Shown: positions 1-17,751 of the stretch, one piece after another
Numbering within the stretch: the first letter of the stretch is position 1
Layout: every line of letters starts with the position of its first letter
From: the human T2T-CHM13v2.0 reference genome, Homo sapiens
Strand: one strand, 5' to 3'
Length of the DNA stretch: 64,000 nucleotides
Assembly (NCBI RefSeq): GCF_009914755.1
Contig: NC_060935.1
Position numbers and translations under genes: made by a program
Notes under the pieces: model-generated
Told to the model about the DNA's origin: nothing
The model's input: the letters and a program-made list of their open reading frames with translations, nothing else
Database searches by the model: none

Positions 1-149
1 TACCACTGCACCCACCCCGTATTTATTATTTCTAACTGCCTTTTTTGATCCCCACTATTTTGGAATATTCCTCTACGAAGATGCATGTAGTGGCACTTAA
101 ATTCCTTTTATGCTCAGAGGTCACCCTTTTATAAATATACCAACTGTAT

Positions 150-760
150 TTATGCTTTACAGTTGCTAGACATTTGAGTTGTTTGGATTTTTAGCTACTA
201 TGAACAATAATTAAAATATTCTTACATATGTCTCTTAAGCCATGCGCACAAGAATTTCACTAGGGGACATACCTAGGCATCACTAGGTAAAGCCAAATTG
301 TTTTCAAAAATGAAGGTACCTAACAGTATGACTGCTCCTACTGCTCATATCATCTCTAACAACTGTAACTATATTTTTAATTTTTCCCTGTTTGGTGGGG
401 GAAAGGAGACGAGCAGGAGATAGACAGTTCCTTGCCATTTTAATTTGCATTTTCTTGATTACTAAAAGGGTTGAGGATCTTTCATATGTTCATGAACCAT
501 TTGTTTCTACTCCTGTAAAATTAACTTTTTCATGACTTTCCTATTTCCATTTTTCCTAATTTTTTTTTTTATTTGAGGAGTTCTTTTATATTCTGGCTAA
601 CAAACCTTTGTTAGTACATTTCCCAAGTTGTGGCTCACCTTCTCACTCTATGATGTTTCTTTTTTAAAGTAAACTTTTAATGGATCTATAACATATATGC
701 AAAAATGTGGCCAAATTATAAGTGTAACTCACATAAACAAAAGCAATTTGGGTCCTCAAT
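150..760 (-). mobile_element. Old L1M (L1ME-like) fragment, antisense
   Basis: Degenerate L1 3'-region motifs in reverse, e.g. TTTAATTTGCATTTTCTTGATTACTAA..GTTGAG..TCTTTCATATGTT. Confidence 0.6.
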
Positions 761-767
761 AATTTTA

Positions 768-1133
<366 letters not shown>

Positions 1134-1471
1134 CTAGATCAGACAGATGTTATCGTCTCATTCTCTATGTCACTAAACCTCTCATATGTTCCATCTCTTC
1201 TTTCTCTGTACTAAATTCTAGAAATTTTCTTCAGATCCATTTTCCAGTTCATTAATTTACTCTACTCTGTATCCTCTTTCCACTGTATTTTTCGCTGCAA
1301 ATGCTCCTCAATTTACAAGGGGCTTATGTCCTTATAAACCCATCATAAGTTGAAATATTACTAAGTCAAAAATGCATTTAATACACCTAGCCTACCAAAC
1401 ATCATAGCCTGGTCCACCTTAAATATGCTCAGAACACTGATGTTAGCCTACGACTGAGCAAAATCATCTTA

Positions 1472-1656
1472 CAGGGGTGTCCAAGGGAGGGAACACAGGC
1501 TTGGGTTCTTAGTTCCTGTTTCTGGTTGGTTCGGTAAAGCCCCTTCCTCAACCCTCTTTTCCGCTTATCACTAGAGAGAGAAACTAAAAACAATGGCTTC
1601 ACACTGCTAAAAGCCTAAAACAAAACAAAACAAAACAAGGTGGTTTAGACAGCTTG
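1472..1656. mobile_element. hAT-type MITE (MER107-like) nested in MER47
   Basis: Ends CAGGGGTGTCCAA ... GACAGCTTG, the same terminus type as MER30. Confidence 0.65.
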
Positions 1657-1780
1657 AATTCTAACACAAGGCCTATTTTACAATAAAGTGCTGAATATTT
1701 CATGAATACTGTACTGAAGTATAATTTCTACTGAATGAATATCACTTTCACACCATCGTAAAGTTGAAAAATCATAATCA

Positions 1781-2090
<310 letters not shown>

Positions 2091-2279
2091 TTACAATCAG
2101 ATCATCATCATAAGTCTGGGGGCATCTGCATGTTTTTTATTTCTAGAAGTTCTACAGAGACTGAGTTCTTCTTCCATATTTTCCTCATCAGTTTTAAGAG
2201 TCTCCTCATCATATTTTTAACCTCCTCCTTTATTTCTTTAAACATCTGTAGGCTTTATAAGACTGATGGTTACCACCGA

Positions 2280-2831
2280 TGTTTAGTTACCTGTCAATCG
2301 ATGCATATCAAACCACTCCAAAATTTAGTGGATCAAAATAACAATAATTACTTATTTTGCTCACAAATTAGTAATCTGTTCAGGGCTTAGAGAGAAGAGC
2401 TTGCCTCTGCTCCACATGGCATCACCCAGGGCAGCTTGATAGAGAACTGAAGGATCCACTTGCAGGATCGCTTACTTAAAAAGATGGCAAGTCAGTACTG
2501 ACCATCAGCTGGAAGCCTATAGCTGGTGCCACTGGCCTGAGACCTCAGTTCCTTTCCACATGGATCTCTCCATGGGCTTCTTCAGAGTATGCTGATGGGT
2601 TCCAAGAATGAGCATCCCAAGAGAATAAAGAAATGTGTGGTATTTTTATGACTTAGCCTCAGAAATGAAATAATATCACTTCTGTCATATTCTTTTGGTC
2701 AAAGCAGTCACAAAGGACTGCCCAGCTTCAACAGAAAAAGATTCTACTTCTTGATAGTACAATAGTGAGGTTCTAGAAGAGCAGGAGTCAGGAAATACTG
2801 TTTCCATATCTGGAAAATAGAATCTGCCCCA
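2280..2831 (-). mobile_element. MaLR solo LTR (MLT1F/G-like)
   Basis: Typical MLT1 motifs: CAAACCACTCCAAAATTTAGTGG, CTCTGCTCCACATGGCATCA, TTTATGACTTAGCCTCAGAA, CACTTCTGTCATATTCT. Confidence 0.7.
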
Positions 2832-2940
2832 TCTGACTCAAAATAACCAACTCATAGTTGCTTATTTTCTTACGCAAACTCACATTTCTTGCAACTTCCT
2901 CTATTAAAAGTCTTTAAGGCCTGACTAGAAAGTGTGTTTT

Positions 2941-3080
2941 CGCCAGGCGTGGTAGCTCATGCCTATAATCCCAGCACTTTGGGAGGCCGGGGCAGGAGGA
3001 CTGCTTGAGCCTAGGAGTTCAACACTAGCCTGGGCAACATAGCAAGACCCTGTCTCTAAAATTAATTAATTAATTTAAAA
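2941..3080 (+). mobile_element. Alu monomer (FLAM-like)
   Basis: Single arm ending GACCCTGTCTCT with (TTAA)n tail. Confidence 0.85.
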
Positions 3081-3438
3081 GAGATATGAATTTGATTCTC
3101 CCAGACACTGGGAACCATAACCAAATAGGAATACTTTCAACTAAGTTTTCAGTTTAGAGATTTTCAGTCCTCACAGGTAGTATAAAATCTGACTGCAAAT
3201 CTTTGAGTATGGGCGTCTGCTTAGGCAATCACATGGGAGGCTTCTTTCCCCTCTCCAACCAGATCCAAGACAGTAAGAGGCAAGTCTCTGCATGCAGGAC
3301 ATCTTGGACATCTTTTTTCTACTCATGCACTGAAGACTTGCACCCTCCAGGGTCCCAGTTCCATCTGGGACAGTCTCCAGTAGGACCTTCCACTATGCTT
3401 AGGTACTACTTGTCTCTTGTCCCTCCACTTTCCTCTAA

Positions 3439-3797
<359 letters not shown>

Positions 3798-3892
3798 TCA
3801 ATTATTTTTCTTACACTAGTTCCAGAACGTTATATGTATATTATATGTGCTCATACATTTTTACCTTTCCTAGCCTCATTTAAAAATGTTCC

Positions 3893-4153
3893 AGCTGGCT
3901 CACACCTGTAATCCCAGCACTTTGGGAGGTTGAGGCGGGCAGATCACAAGGTCAAGACATCAAGGCCAACATGGTGAAAACCATCTCTATTAAAAATGCA
4001 AAAATTAGCTGAGCATGGTGGCACACACCTGTAGTCCCAGTTACTCAGGAGGTTGAAGCAGGATAATCGCTTGAACCCAGGAGGCGGAGGTGGCAGTGAA
4101 CTCAGATCACACCACTGCACTCCAGCCTGGGTGACGGTACGAGACTCCGTCTC

Positions 4154-4182
<29 letters not shown>
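3893..4182 (+). mobile_element. Alu
   Basis: Two arms, long A tail. Confidence 0.93.
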
Positions 4183-4184
<2 letters not shown>

Positions 4185-4263
4185 CTGACCCGAGGGGATT
4201 TCTCTGAATATCTAATCTACTATATTACTGAAAAAGGAATTACTCATCATTCATCTTATTTCA

Positions 4264-4750
<487 letters not shown>

Positions 4751-5010
4751 TTGGTCAATAATTTCAAGAATACATCTGTATTTTAATAAGGCAGCTATGT
4801 AAAATATATCAGTTGAATGAAAATGCTCTGGAAAATGTTCTTAACATACTTCCTATAAAGCAAATCCGAGGGAATTTAAACTTATTAGAGGTGCTAACTT
4901 CTGCCCCGATACTTCACATGTTTTAAACACTATTGGGAGCTGTGCCCCTGTATCTACTGTAAACATGGTCTAGAACTGAACCACAACTGAAGAAAAGCAA
5001 AGCAAAGGAA

Positions 5011-5301
<291 letters not shown>

Positions 5302-6497
5302 TCAAGGTTCAAAAGAAGCAGCAGCGGTTTGTGGGGGAAAAGGGATCTGTAAACCACTGGGATAAGAACTTTTAAATGTTAGATCTCCCCACCACACTGA
5401 AAGTGATGGCTACAAATTACCATATTCCCAAAAAGATGACAGCCAAACTCATATATCCCAGAAGAGAAATAGCTATTTTGGCTATTAGTAGGCACTGGCA
5501 GTAGGCTTAACAAGTCACTGAACAAACCATTTATTGTTATTCATCTTGAGCAATATGACCTTTTAGCTCAGCCTACTAAACGTCACAGTGGTCCATAAGG
5601 GGAAAGGCTACATGGATGCAAATTCCTCAATGCAATTTACCCTATAAGCAGCATGCGTTTCCAGATTCTTCATCCTACTTCACTTCGCTCCCCTCTGGGT
5701 CATAATAGAACTTAGCAGATGTCAGAATTTGCTATGAATAAACTCTGGAGCCCAGATACGAAAGCTCAGCAAAGTATGCATTTGGTGCTGGCAAAAATGG
5801 TTGTTTCGTGTACTGATTTGGATTTGCTAACTTAGAATATCTACGGTTTCAAAAACGTGGCTAAGATTGATTGTTGAGTTTTTTTATAAGTTGGAAAAAA
5901 AGCAACACACACACACACCACAGACACCCCAAGACAGGCCTACAAGTCTTCTGAGATCATCCTTCTCTCCATACCAACAAAATACCAAGGCCATTACGCA
6001 ATTTGTGGTTTCTTCTCATAACTGAAGAAATTAATAGCTTTTGGATACAAAACTTAGATAGCTTTACCCTGAGATATTTTCCTAGCCTTGGATCTCTGTG
6101 TATAGAGTCCAGAAGCACCAGTTACCGCACTCCCAAATAGGGACCTACAAAAGGTTCTTTCAGTCACTGGCAAACTTTCTTCATAGCGAAACTTCAAAAA
6201 TGTCTTTTGGAAAAGTTTTCTATGTGTGAAAAGAGTCTGCAGCAAATCCCTGTTATATAATGGTTTATATTACCAAGCTAGTGGTATTCATCTATTTTGT
6301 GTTTTATCTCATGTTTATTGGTAGTTGTTTTCCTAATGTTAAAATCAAAGTGTTAGGCAACATAGCAAGACAGACAATAGGGCATGGAGAATTCATTTAG
6401 CCTAATGAGATGTTACCAAGTTTAAAGAGTCAAACCTAGAAGAGGGAACTGTGCAGCTCCAATTATAAGTGATCTGACATACACAGATTTGGGAGGC

Positions 6498-6561
6498 AAA
6501 GTTACATTCTCTATGATGCTGGCTGTGGGTTTGTCAAAAAAACAAAAAAAGTTACATTCTC
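6498..6561 (+). mobile_element. Micro retro-insertion: about 25 nt antisense L1 ORF2 + A-tail with 14-bp TSD
   Basis: AAAGTTACATTCTC (6498-6511) - TATGATGCTGGCTGTGGGTTTGTC - A7CA4 - AAAGTTACATTCTC (6548-6561). Confidence 0.8.
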
Positions 6562-7419
6562 CAGTTTTAGGCAATGCAAGTCTAATCTACAGCACAGTTA
6601 TGAGGTTTCCCATCTGAATAACAAGAATATTTATATAAATTCATTACAGCCTAGAAATTAGTTAATCTTACTAGTTGAGTTTGCGCTTGTAAATTAGCAC
6701 TATGCTTACTTATCCATCTAGACATCAAAATGCTAGTCAGTGTAGAGGTACAGTATAATTCAATCTGTTTTGGTCTGCTTTATGTCAAACTGTTTTGGCC
6801 TCCATTTGTATCTTTGGAAATAACCTTCATGTATGTCAAATAAAAACAAACAAATAAGAAAACTTAAGCTTGCATGTATGATACTAAGAAAACTGGGTTT
6901 TTCTTTTTCTAAATTTCAATTTATTTAGGGCAATAATGAACACGAATCAAGAGAAGCCATTGTTTAGGGAAAATAAACACTTTGTAATATAGTCTTCTAG
7001 TACAGATTAGAAGTACAACTAATAACTGTTCAATAAATAGAATAATTACAAACAAAAAGGTCCTCATTTTTCCCTACATAGAAATTGAAGAATTTACTGA
7101 CATGAACCTCAATCCAGTTATTTCAGATGCGGGCTATCGGAAGAAAATCAATTTATAATTTCAGATACCTCTATTAAGGTCACACAACCAGATCTGGGTT
7201 TCTACTGGGCTGTGGTAACTCACTTTATTTAGTGAAATGACCCATCAAGGGCATCAATCATTCTGGTGGCAAAAAAAAGTCAACATAATTGTGATATTTT
7301 AGACATATAGCGTTTACTTCAGCCCACTCTTCCTCCTTTCTCTGAAGAACAATTTCTAAAAATTATACTCTAAACTTCTGGTTTGTAGTGTCAGGCAGAC
7401 ACTCCCAATGCCATTAACA

Positions 7420-7600
7420 GTGCAGAAAAAGGAAAGAACACCTGGGCTTGGGGCAGCAGAGTGACACTGGCATCCTAACTCTGCAACTTAGTCTCTTATC
7501 TGTAATAACAACTACTTTAATAAGGTTGCTATAAAGATTACAACATAAAATGTAGCTGGCATAGAACAGATAACTAGTCATTATTAGCTGTTCTTGTTGT
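7420..7600 (+). mobile_element. MIR fragment
   Basis: GAAAGAACACCTGGGCTTGG..TCTTATCTGTAA..AAGGTTGCTATAAAGATTA, MIR core-like. Confidence 0.5.
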
Positions 7601-8127
7601 TGTTATTATTACCACTAATACTGTTAGTATTATTCTACTTTCCCTGATGAGTCTCTATCCCATTTCCTGGTAATTGCAAACATCTGTCACTTTATTTAAA
7701 CCTCCTAACCAACCTGAGCCCCCTAACTTTCAACAGATGACTTAGCTTTGAGCTTAACAGAGAAAACAGACAAGAACTTCCTTTATGTATCTATACATTG
7801 TCATGCACCCAATCTTTCCTTTACTCTTTCTTCCCAGAAGCAGGTCTTTCCTCTAACCTCAGGCATGTAATAAGTACCAAGTAAGTGTTAGTCACTAGCT
7901 ATTGTCATCATCCTCAAACACAAGGAATAGCAATTTCCAAACTGCATTACAGAAGACTGACTGATACTCTAATTTCGGGGTTGGCAACTACCAACACTCA
8001 TGGATCATGAAGAGTGGCTACCAGTTTTACTGGATTACTCTCCTCTTCATGTTCAACATCCATTTAGCTGTCATAAAGAAGGTCAAGTTCTCAAGACAAA
8101 AATGAAAAAGCTAAACAAATACTGGCT

Positions 8128-8350
8128 CAAACTCATAGAAACAGAAAGCAGAATGGTGGTGCCAGAGGCTGGAGGGAAGGGGAAATGAGGAGTTGTTACT
8201 TAATGGGTACAGAGTTTCAGTTTTGCAAGATGAAAAGAGTCCTGGAGATTGATTGCACAACTATACAAGTGTACTTAACACTAGTGAACCGTACACTTAA
8301 AAATGGTTACAATGCTAAGTTTTATATTATGTGCATTTTACCACAAAACA
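8128..8350 (+). mobile_element. L1M (L1MB-like) 3' end
   Basis: AGAAAGCAGAATGGTGGTGCCAGAGGCTGG..TTAATGGGTACAGAGTTTCAGTTTTGCAAGATGAAAA..CACTTAAAAATGGTTA. Confidence 0.8.
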
Positions 8351-9342
8351 AACAAACAAATTGGTACTAGCTCAGTGACACTCCAATATGACCCCTCACC
8401 AACCTCTGCCCTAACTTCATTTTCTGGAACTCTATTCAAATTAGGGTTAAAACTTGCCATTTCAATTTGTTCAAACAAATTCCTGGCCAGCATCTAAGAG
8501 AAATGTGTGTATTGTATGTCTTCATAAAAGATTAAAAAAAAAAAAAAAAAACACAGAGAGCCTGTTTCTAAGGTATATTTTGGGGGTTAGGATTGAATAG
8601 ATGTTCTGAGAGATAATGAGTACAACATCTACCTCCTTCAATCCAGCAGAAATAAATACAAAAATAACTCTTCAAGAGTACTACTCAAACTGCCAGTATT
8701 CTGACATCAGTAAACAAGATCCTTGGGGCAGAGGTATGGAAAAGAATAAACAGGTACTAGGAGAATGCCCTCTTAACACAACCTGCTTTCATGGAACTCA
8801 CCACATGAAATCCATGTGGTAGGAAAAAATTTACTTGAGATGCAAATATTTATAAAAACTACGCTTTAGATAAAGACCATCTATTTTTAGGAGAGAAAAT
8901 ATGCAATAAAACTAGCACAGCAACAAACTAAAACACAGGGGGAGGAGGTAGTAGTAAACCACGTCCACCAGAATAAGAAACTATACTTTTGACTGTATTT
9001 TTAAACTGAAATATTCACTCTTTACCTCAAACTGTTGAAGAATCATTATGCAGAGAACACGGTAAGTTGAAACACATGCAAATACATGTGAACAAAGCTG
9101 TTTGGTTGTATTCACAGAACTTATGTGTGGTTTGGATGGTACAACTAGCACTAACTTCATGAGGTATGTAAAGGACGTTACCTCGACACAGCACCACGTA
9201 CTGTGAGAAGTAGAAAGATCTTTGGAAATTTCTTATTCTAACCTAACCCCTTTGTTTCACAGATGATGAAACTAAAGCAAAGAGGGAGCAAGCAAAGCCT
9301 AAGTACAAAATAAAGAGATCCTGGTGCAGAAAAATGCAGTAA

Positions 9343-10020
<678 letters not shown>

Positions 10021-11794
10021 TATATATATTACATATATATGTATAAATATAAATGTGTGAGAGTTTTATGGAGAGGAGTACAAAACTTCACTGAAAAATC
10101 TAAAAGAAGACAACATATGCCCTGTACATCAATGAACCTAAATACTGGAAGAAAAAACAAAACAAAACAAAAAAAAACCCTCAAGTCTCCCTTTCTGTCC
10201 CTACATAATCCACACTCTAGTCTGTCTCCCAAATAAGACTACAATAAGTAAAGGAGTATTCTCCTGTATTTGGTGGTAATAATGGCAAGAGAACACAGAT
10301 GGAAAAAAACATGAGGATAAACCAGGAAAACATGTCTTACCCAAGCAGTTTAAACTTTAAATGCAGCTTTCTAGTCTATGATGCCCAGCCAGCAGCACCT
10401 TTCCTTCCACTTTTTTTTTTCCCCGCATGTTCGAATGTCTCTCAGATGATATGTGTTTCCAAGCAGTTCTCTATTCGCTTTTTAAATCAGTAAGGTCTTT
10501 TAAAATGCAAAGTCAACTTTGGAAACAATGTGGGCCAGCCAGAAACTAATTTAACATTGTAACTTTATAGCTCACCATACACTTATTTAAGGTCTGCACA
10601 ACCTTGCAATTTAGTACTCTGCCACTCTGCCTCTTGAAAATAAGCAAAATGTTGCTGGCTCAACACAATAGAAACTATCGTTCTAAATCCCAAGAGCAAA
10701 CAAGTAGAACCAGGTCAGTCCTCTGAGACCTCCAGTACCAAAAAGATACAGTATCAGTAAAATCCTAATAAAAATTATAAATTGAAACTAAGGCAACCCA
10801 AGTTTTTTTTTTTCAATTAGTATACTAGAAGTAAAGAAGGGATTGGAAAAATTAAAATGAAAAATTAGACTTGACTGTGAGTTCCTATTACTGTGAGTAG
10901 TTACTGTGAATACCCTGACTGGGAGTTCCTATGACTTCCCACTACTGTGGACTTCCAAATTAAAAATATCAGGCAGATTTTGACACATGAAGTAAGATGT
11001 GGTTGGGCAATTAACAAGAGTAAATTTTTAAGTTAAGCAGATAGTTTCTGAAAGTTTAACTTGAAAAGGTAACTAAAAACACACATAGGATTTTAGGTTC
11101 AAACACTACTACAAACTGGGAAGTAAAAGCAATTGAAATTTCAAGTCTAATAGAACAATTTCTGTGTCTCAATCTTTTATTATATAGGATCCAAGGCAGC
11201 TGAAATTTAAATTTCAGTCTGAAAACAGTGGCAAAAGACCTTTTCTTCTCACTCAGAAAAAAATAAGCTTGGAACAGTAGACCTTCTGTGAGAAGGCAGC
11301 AGGCCATTCTGTATTTCAGCGGGGTCGTCATATAAAGAAAAGGCTATGACTGAACACATGAACTATGCAACTTCTTGGCAGCAATACATGTACTTACCAA
11401 TACCAATCACTGTTGTGATCCCGCCTAGCCAACTACCAGCAAGTCTGCACTAAGTCTACAATTCAAAGGTGAGAACTTTCCTGAATAAAACCACTGTGGA
11501 GGCCAAGAGTGTCTAGACCTGAGGAGGAGTAGACCTGCCAACATCAGAGCACTCCCCAGTTCAAAGAATGAACTTCTTTTTCCCTTTGAGAGATAGAGAT
11601 AATGCTGTGAATGGGGCCAAAGGTCAGGAGGCTTACCAAAACTGGGTATAACCTACATACATTAACGAGTCAAGCAACAAATCTGAACTCAGAATACGTG
11701 GTCTAATACCTTAGTATAACAGTGCAAATTACTTTATTGGCAGTATATTGAAAGTAAATTTTTTAAAAAAAGAAAACATTAATAGGCCACTACT

Positions 11795-12010
11795 CACTCG
11801 ATCACTCTTCCCAGACACAAGTATCTCCAACCAGACAGCAATAACTTCCACATTCGTACCTCCAGGCTTCGTATTTCCAACAGCCACCTCCACAGTATTA
11901 CCTTTGTGTCCTTGGGTACCTTAAACTCAACCCATCTACAACTAAACTGATTATATTTTCTTCTCCTACCAAACCTCCTCTTCCACACTGAATTCCCTTG
12001 TCACCTAAAA
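11795..12010 (+). mobile_element. L2 fragment
   Basis: TATTTCCAACAGCCACC..ACCTTAAACTCAACCCATCTACAACTAAACT..CCAAACCTCCTCTTCC. Confidence 0.5.
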
Positions 12011-12139
12011 GCACTGTTTGGACAAACCAATAACTTCCTAATTAATCTACTTAACAAGGTCTCCTCCCCTCCACCTCCCAAAATCATTAATCCTTCACAT
12101 TCCATTAATTTTCTTCTACAATGAAAGCTGTTACCACAA

Positions 12140-12674
<535 letters not shown>

Positions 12675-13232
12675 CCCTGCCTCATTAGAGAATGCTTTCT
12701 AAAAATTGAGGGAAGGGAGAGAAACAGGTATAATTTGAACACTCTAATAACTAAGTTACAAATTCATTATTTAACATATAGTTTCAGTCAAGAAGTACAA
12801 ATAATTCTATACTATTAGAGATACTCTCAAAATACTGATCTGATCTAAAAGGTCTAACCAACCTATTACTTAAATGATAAAGTAAGTGAAACTATTTCAC
12901 AATCGGCCTTCAACCTATCTTTCAACTAGATTTTCCAATATTCCCAGCCACTTTCCCCTCCTATCCCCATACTTTTTGGTACAAACCACTATACACAGCT
13001 AGTAAGGCCCATTCAATCTCCTATCACCAGGTCTATGGCAAATTTTTTCAATGCAGCCTTCTCTGACATCTTCAGGCAAAATTAACTCCTCCTTCCTCTT
13101 GCTTTTATGGCAGGTTTTTCATTTCTAACTCATAGCATACATATCTATATACATATACACCCATACACGTATATCACTAAATTTATTACAGACACCAAAA
13201 AAGGGGGTAAATCTTGTCTTTCTACGTATTTA

Positions 13233-13548
<316 letters not shown>

Positions 13549-13911
13549 CACCTCATATATTTGTGTGCATTTACAGGGAAAGGCATTTATATAGCAATTC
13601 TTACTATTTCTGATTCTATTGTTTCCTTTCTTATCCACTCCTTACCTATATCCCATACACTCTACAGCATTAAAAAAACAAAATTACATTGAGGCCAAAG
13701 TAAAATACTTCCAAATGTAAAAATAAATGATATGGCAATTAGCACTACTGTTAGGATGGACCATGCAGCACCCAATACATATTAATTGTACAATCTGTTT
13801 CATTTGTATACAGAGAAGCAGGGCTTTTCACTGTGCTTTACCCAGCAGAAATGGTTGTCTTTGCCTAGGATGCTAAAGGATCAAGGAATTGGAATTCAAA
13901 AAGTTATCACT

Positions 13912-14400
<489 letters not shown>

Positions 14401-14889
14401 AAAGCTAGATTTTTAAAACTTTAAAAACCCCTCCCCACAGTAACAGAAATGCTTTTAACAGACACAACTGATTTTTTAAAAAAATAAATCACAGCATAAC
14501 CATCTAGAAACGCAACTATGCCCACCATTTTCAGACTGTTTTTTCCTATACAACACCTTACATTCCTAAAATAGCTTAATTATGGAATTCCTGGTTTAAA
14601 TGGACAACAATTTCTTTATTATTGTTTAACTTTAAAAAAGAAAACCAACACTAGAAACAACAGAATAAATTTAGCCTTATATGGATGAAACCCTGTTATA
14701 ACTGACCTAAAAATACAGGTTACTTAGCTTCTAAAAATGATTTTTTTTCTTCCCATCCTTCTAATATATTCTAAAAAGTATAGAGGAGCAGATATTTAGG
14801 AAAACATGTATATTCCTTTAGTGCAATCCTAAAGCAGCAATGAAAAAACAACTTGAGTAATGGGAGGGGTAGTGGAGAGGAAGAGGGGC

Positions 14890-14940
14890 TGAACAGACGT
14901 CAGCAGGGTGCAAGGGGAGGATGGGTTGCCTAGGAAACCA
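14890..14940. promoter_or_regulatory. Candidate enhancer core: CRE-like AGACGTCA plus RFX X-box GTTGCCTAGGAAAC
   Basis: Motifs at 14895-14902 and 14925-14938 in non-repetitive sequence; function not shown. Confidence 0.35.
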
Positions 14941-16165
14941 AACAGTAAAGAATGAGCGGAAAAATCATTAGCTGAAAAACCTCTGAAATGCTTTTACAAG
15001 AGCTCAATCCTTCATCCCAAAAGATGTACAGCAAAGAGACCAATTGTCACAAATGACAAAGGGAACTTACAGCGTGACAGCCAAGCAAGTGCCTTTTCCG
15101 AACTGTGTGGCACACAGACATCAGGAGGAGCAACCATGAGTGAGTTACACATCCGTGACGAAACAGACATGTGTTTGTGTGCATGTATTCTTTCAGAGAG
15201 CTTTTGTTGGCTTAGCATTTAAACAGGTATAAACAGTATATTTAAACAAGTATAAATATAAAAAACCATTCCTATTTATGATACAACTAGGGTAAAGAAA
15301 ATCAAACTTCAACAAATTTATGAAATTAGCTAGCCTCCCTTCTCCAGCCTTAAAATCTATTTAAAGTTGTTTTGATTTTTCAGTTATTGAATTACAAAGT
15401 GTTATTTGTAAGTAACCAGTAACTGTTTTTGAAGAGTCTGAAATGGACAAACCTCTTTGAAGTCTCCAAGCCAAACCTTTGTCCTAAGATCACTAAGCCA
15501 CATTGTAGGTAAGGAGATAGGGAATTAGCAAGGAAAAAAATACATCGAAGGAAAGAATGTTAATCTTCCTTTCTCTGAAAAACACTTTAGAGCATAGTGG
15601 TTAAGATTCTGGTTCCTGGAGCCACACTGACTGCTCTACTCCTTCCTCGTTTTGTGACCCTAAGAAAGGTGCTTGCCCTTGCTGGGTATCAGCATTCTCA
15701 CTTGTTACGGTGAGGATTATAACAATATCAAACTCACAGGGCAGTTGCCAGGTTTAGATGAAATAATGATTCATGACAAAAAGTGCTTGGTGGTAAGGAT
15801 TCAATAAATGATCACGAAATCCCTTTGGGATTAGCTAATTAATCTCCTCATCTTGACCACAATCATATGTACTATAAGCCATCACTGTCGGACTAAACTG
15901 CGACAAACACTCCTGTTACAGAGCACCAGGAATCTACGTTTACTCACACCAAACTAAAACATACGGGTTCAGCTTTTAAGGCTCTCTAAAAGTTTTCCCC
16001 ACGCTACCTATACAATTATTAATACCAACCCCAAAACAATCTGTTTTTGTCCTGCTATTCTTCATTCCTCAAACAAAACAGCCCCAAATTTTTGTGTCCA
16101 CCTCTGCAGCAAGCTCAGTTTAAAAGTCCCGTTTTCCAGGCACTTCTCACCTCTACTTTCACTCC

Positions 16166-16777
<612 letters not shown>

Positions 16778-17082
16778 CACCCTACTTTCTACCTGTGCAG
16801 ATCTTATCTACTATTCTAGATACACTTCAGATGTTTTGGAAGTCCCCAATATTCTAATCGTCTAGTGATTGCTCTTAATCCTCTCAACAACCTGGCTCCT
16901 AAGAATAAATTTATATATCATCTATTTTGTCTGTTAGCTCTAACTCTACAATAATTATCTTCTTCAGGGGAGGAATGGCATCTTCCCTGAAAAATCATCC
17001 ACAGTATCTAGCAAAGTGCTGTGTACACTTTGATAAGCCTTTATTTCACTTGCTTATTTTCAACATCTAAAATAAGGAACAA

Positions 17083-17225
17083 GTCAGGTGTGGTAGAACC
17101 TGCCTGTAGTCCCAAATACTTAGAAGGCTGAGATGGGAGAATCATTTGAGCCCAAGGAGTTCAAGGCTAGCCTGGACAACATAGTGAGACTTCATCTTAA
17201 TTAATTAATTAATTAATTATTAAAA
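17083..17225 (+). mobile_element. Alu monomer (FLAM-like)
   Basis: Single arm with (TTAA)n tail. Confidence 0.8.
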
Positions 17226-17238
17226 AGGAACAAAATTC

Positions 17239-17599
<361 letters not shown>

Positions 17600-17751
17600 T
17601 TATGTCAAGAGGGTGAAAATAAAAAAATATTATCTTAAATATAGCTGCACTTTTGTGGCCAGAAAAATATCAATAATTTATATAAACTTGCTCAAATACA
17701 GTGACATGAGAAGGGGGAGACCCAACAGGATTAAAAATATGACAGTTCTCA

